This document shows, in pieces, positions 62,561 through 64,000 of a DNA stretch of 64,000 nt. Origin of the DNA: an uncultured delta proteobacterium (GTDB taxonomy: Bacteria > Desulfobacterota > RBG-13-43-22); assembly GCA_963743305.1 (NCBI GenBank), contig CAVUPH010000032.1:73890-137889 (forward strand), written 5' to 3'. Position 1 is the stretch's first letter; each line of letters starts with the position of its first letter. The notes under the pieces were generated by a model, which was not told where the DNA came from, ran no database searches, and saw only the letters and a list, made by a program, of their open reading frames with translations. The translations under genes and the position numbers were made by a program.

Positions 62561-63419
62561 GTGGGCGTCGACGTGCGAGCTCGGTTCGACCGGCTCGGTG
62601 AGCGGTTCCGACCGTTGGGGTGGGCCCTCCGCGTCCAGGACCGTTACACGGCGATCAACGGACGGGCCCTGGCGAACTCGATCACGCTCGACGGGTTCCT
62701 CGCGCGCTGTTCGCGCTCATCGTCCTCGCCGCGGCCGTGGTCGGCTTCGTGTCGGCCAACGACCACGACATCACCCATCGCATCGTGAGCTCCCTCGGCG
62801 TGAACGGCAGCGCGGAGAAGATCGTCACGGACGCGGTCGACACCGCGCGTCGGAGCCGCCGGCTCGCGACCGTCGCCGGCGTACTCGGACTCCTGGTCGT
62901 CGGCACCGGGTTCGCCGTCGCCATCGCGAGCACGTACGACGCCACGTCGCACGTCCCATCCGTGGCCTCGTCGACCGGTTCATCGGGCTCGTCTGGCTCG
63001 CCGGGGCCCTGATGATCTTCGTCGCCGCCGGGTTCGCGACCTCGTTGTGGACGAGCCTGCCCACGGTCTTCGGCCCCCTCGTGGTCGTGATCACCGTGGG
63101 CGCCAACACCGTCGGGTTCCTGTGGACGTCGGTGGTCCTGCCCAACCGGCGGGTCCCGCTGCACGCGCTCGTCCCCGCGGCGCTCGTCGGCGGCGTCAGC
63201 CTGGAGGTGCTCAAGGTCGTCGGCGCCATCGTCGTGCCGCGGCTCGTCGCGAACTCCTCCGAGCTCTACGGGACCATCGGCGCCGTGTTCGCCCTGCTCG
63301 TCTGGCTGCTCGTGCTCGGGCGCCTCGTCGTGTACGTCTCGGTGCTCGAGGTCATGCGATGGGAGCGCAAGCACGGGACGACCGAGGTGCTCGTCGCCAC
63401 ACCGACACTCCCCGCGTAG
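62561..63419 (+). CDS. YihY/BrkB-family membrane protein (frameshifted)
   Basis: LPNRRV......P.AL.G....E.LK; YGTIGAVFALL.WL. Confidence 0.7.
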
Positions 63420-63447
63420 CGCACGCCCGCGAAACCCGGTACCGCGA

Positions 63448-64000
63448 TCAGGGCTGCAGGCGTTCGAGGACCCACCCGTGGCGGGCCGCGGTTCGCCGGG
63501 TGGCGGAGGCGGTCGTCCACGGGGTCATGCGGTGCTGCCAGAAACTCGACGTCGTCGGGCGTCACCAGGAAGCCGCCCAGGACGGTGGGAGCGGGACGGC
63601 ACCGTCGTCGCCGAACCGCTCCCGCTGGAACGCGACCACGGCCTCGAGCTGCTGGCGGCTCCCGACCGTCTCGCTCTGCCGCGACACCCACACGCTCGCT
63701 GGCTCGGACGCGGCCGGGTGTTCCAGTTCGCCACCGACTCGGCTTCCGGCGCCTTCGTGGCGTGCCTCGATGCGCACCTGGCGGTCGAGATCGTGCCAAT
63801 GCGACACCAGCGCGCGCACGGGTTGTCCGCGAGGTCACAACCCTTGCGCTGTCGTAGTTGGTGGAAGAACATGAAGCCCTGGTCGGTCACGCCGCGCAGC
63901 AGCACGATCCGCGCCGACGGCACGCCCTTGGCGTCGGCGGTCGGCGACCATGAGCGAATCGGCGGCGGCGCCCAGTACGAGGGACTGCGCCTCCGCGTAC
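63448..64000 (-). CDS. pdxH: Pyridoxamine 5'-phosphate oxidase (partial, frameshifted)
   Basis: PSARIVLLRG...GF.F, W..L.RQVRIE, S.QS, P.P.SW, HDR, W..ERLQP across frames. Confidence 0.8.

Noticed and set aside
59192-64000. Genomic island integrated at tRNA-Leu(TAG)
   Set aside because: The foreign DNA lies on the 5' side of the tRNA, starts mid-gene, has no mobility genes and shows a different error profile.

Overview
Bases 1 to ~59300 look like a moderately GC-rich anaerobic Desulfobacterota (deltaproteobacterial) chromosome. From ~59300 the sequence switches abruptly to very GC-rich, heavily frameshifted Actinomycetota-like DNA, most likely a chimeric join. The main feature is a ~21.5 kb minus-strand operon (23694 to ~2164) encoding a bacterial microcompartment (BMC). 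Its shell genes are BMC-H, a GrpU-like Fe-S BMC-H, BMC-P, a PduT-like BMC-T and two BMC-T(dp); it also has PduS, EutJ, a flavoprotein and two CoA-acylating aldehyde dehydrogenases. It has no B12 lyase, glycyl-radical enzyme or aldolase. Instead it opens with a non-canonical glutamine-synthetase-like ligase and a split glutamate-synthase triplet (glnT-glxBCD / gmaS-mgsABC arrangement), followed by a multi-subunit flavin/Fe-S amine dehydrogenase, one subunit of which carries an encapsulation peptide. I infer a metabolosome for amine catabolism via gamma-glutamylamide/N-alkylglutamate, with the released aldehyde trapped in the shell and electrons exported through Fe-S shell proteins. The divergent arm carries a class I glutamine amidotransferase, USP, PAS-LuxR, glutamate dehydrogenase, an amidohydrolase and a Liv-type ABC transporter. 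The rest is mostly housekeeping: vapBC-type TA, secDF, hisS, aspS, Re-citrate synthase, methylmalonyl-CoA genes, three tRNAs, a decayed islet and tig-clpP-clpX-lon. Several genes carry single-base insertions that look like sequencing errors. All product calls come from motif recognition by eye; no database searches were run.
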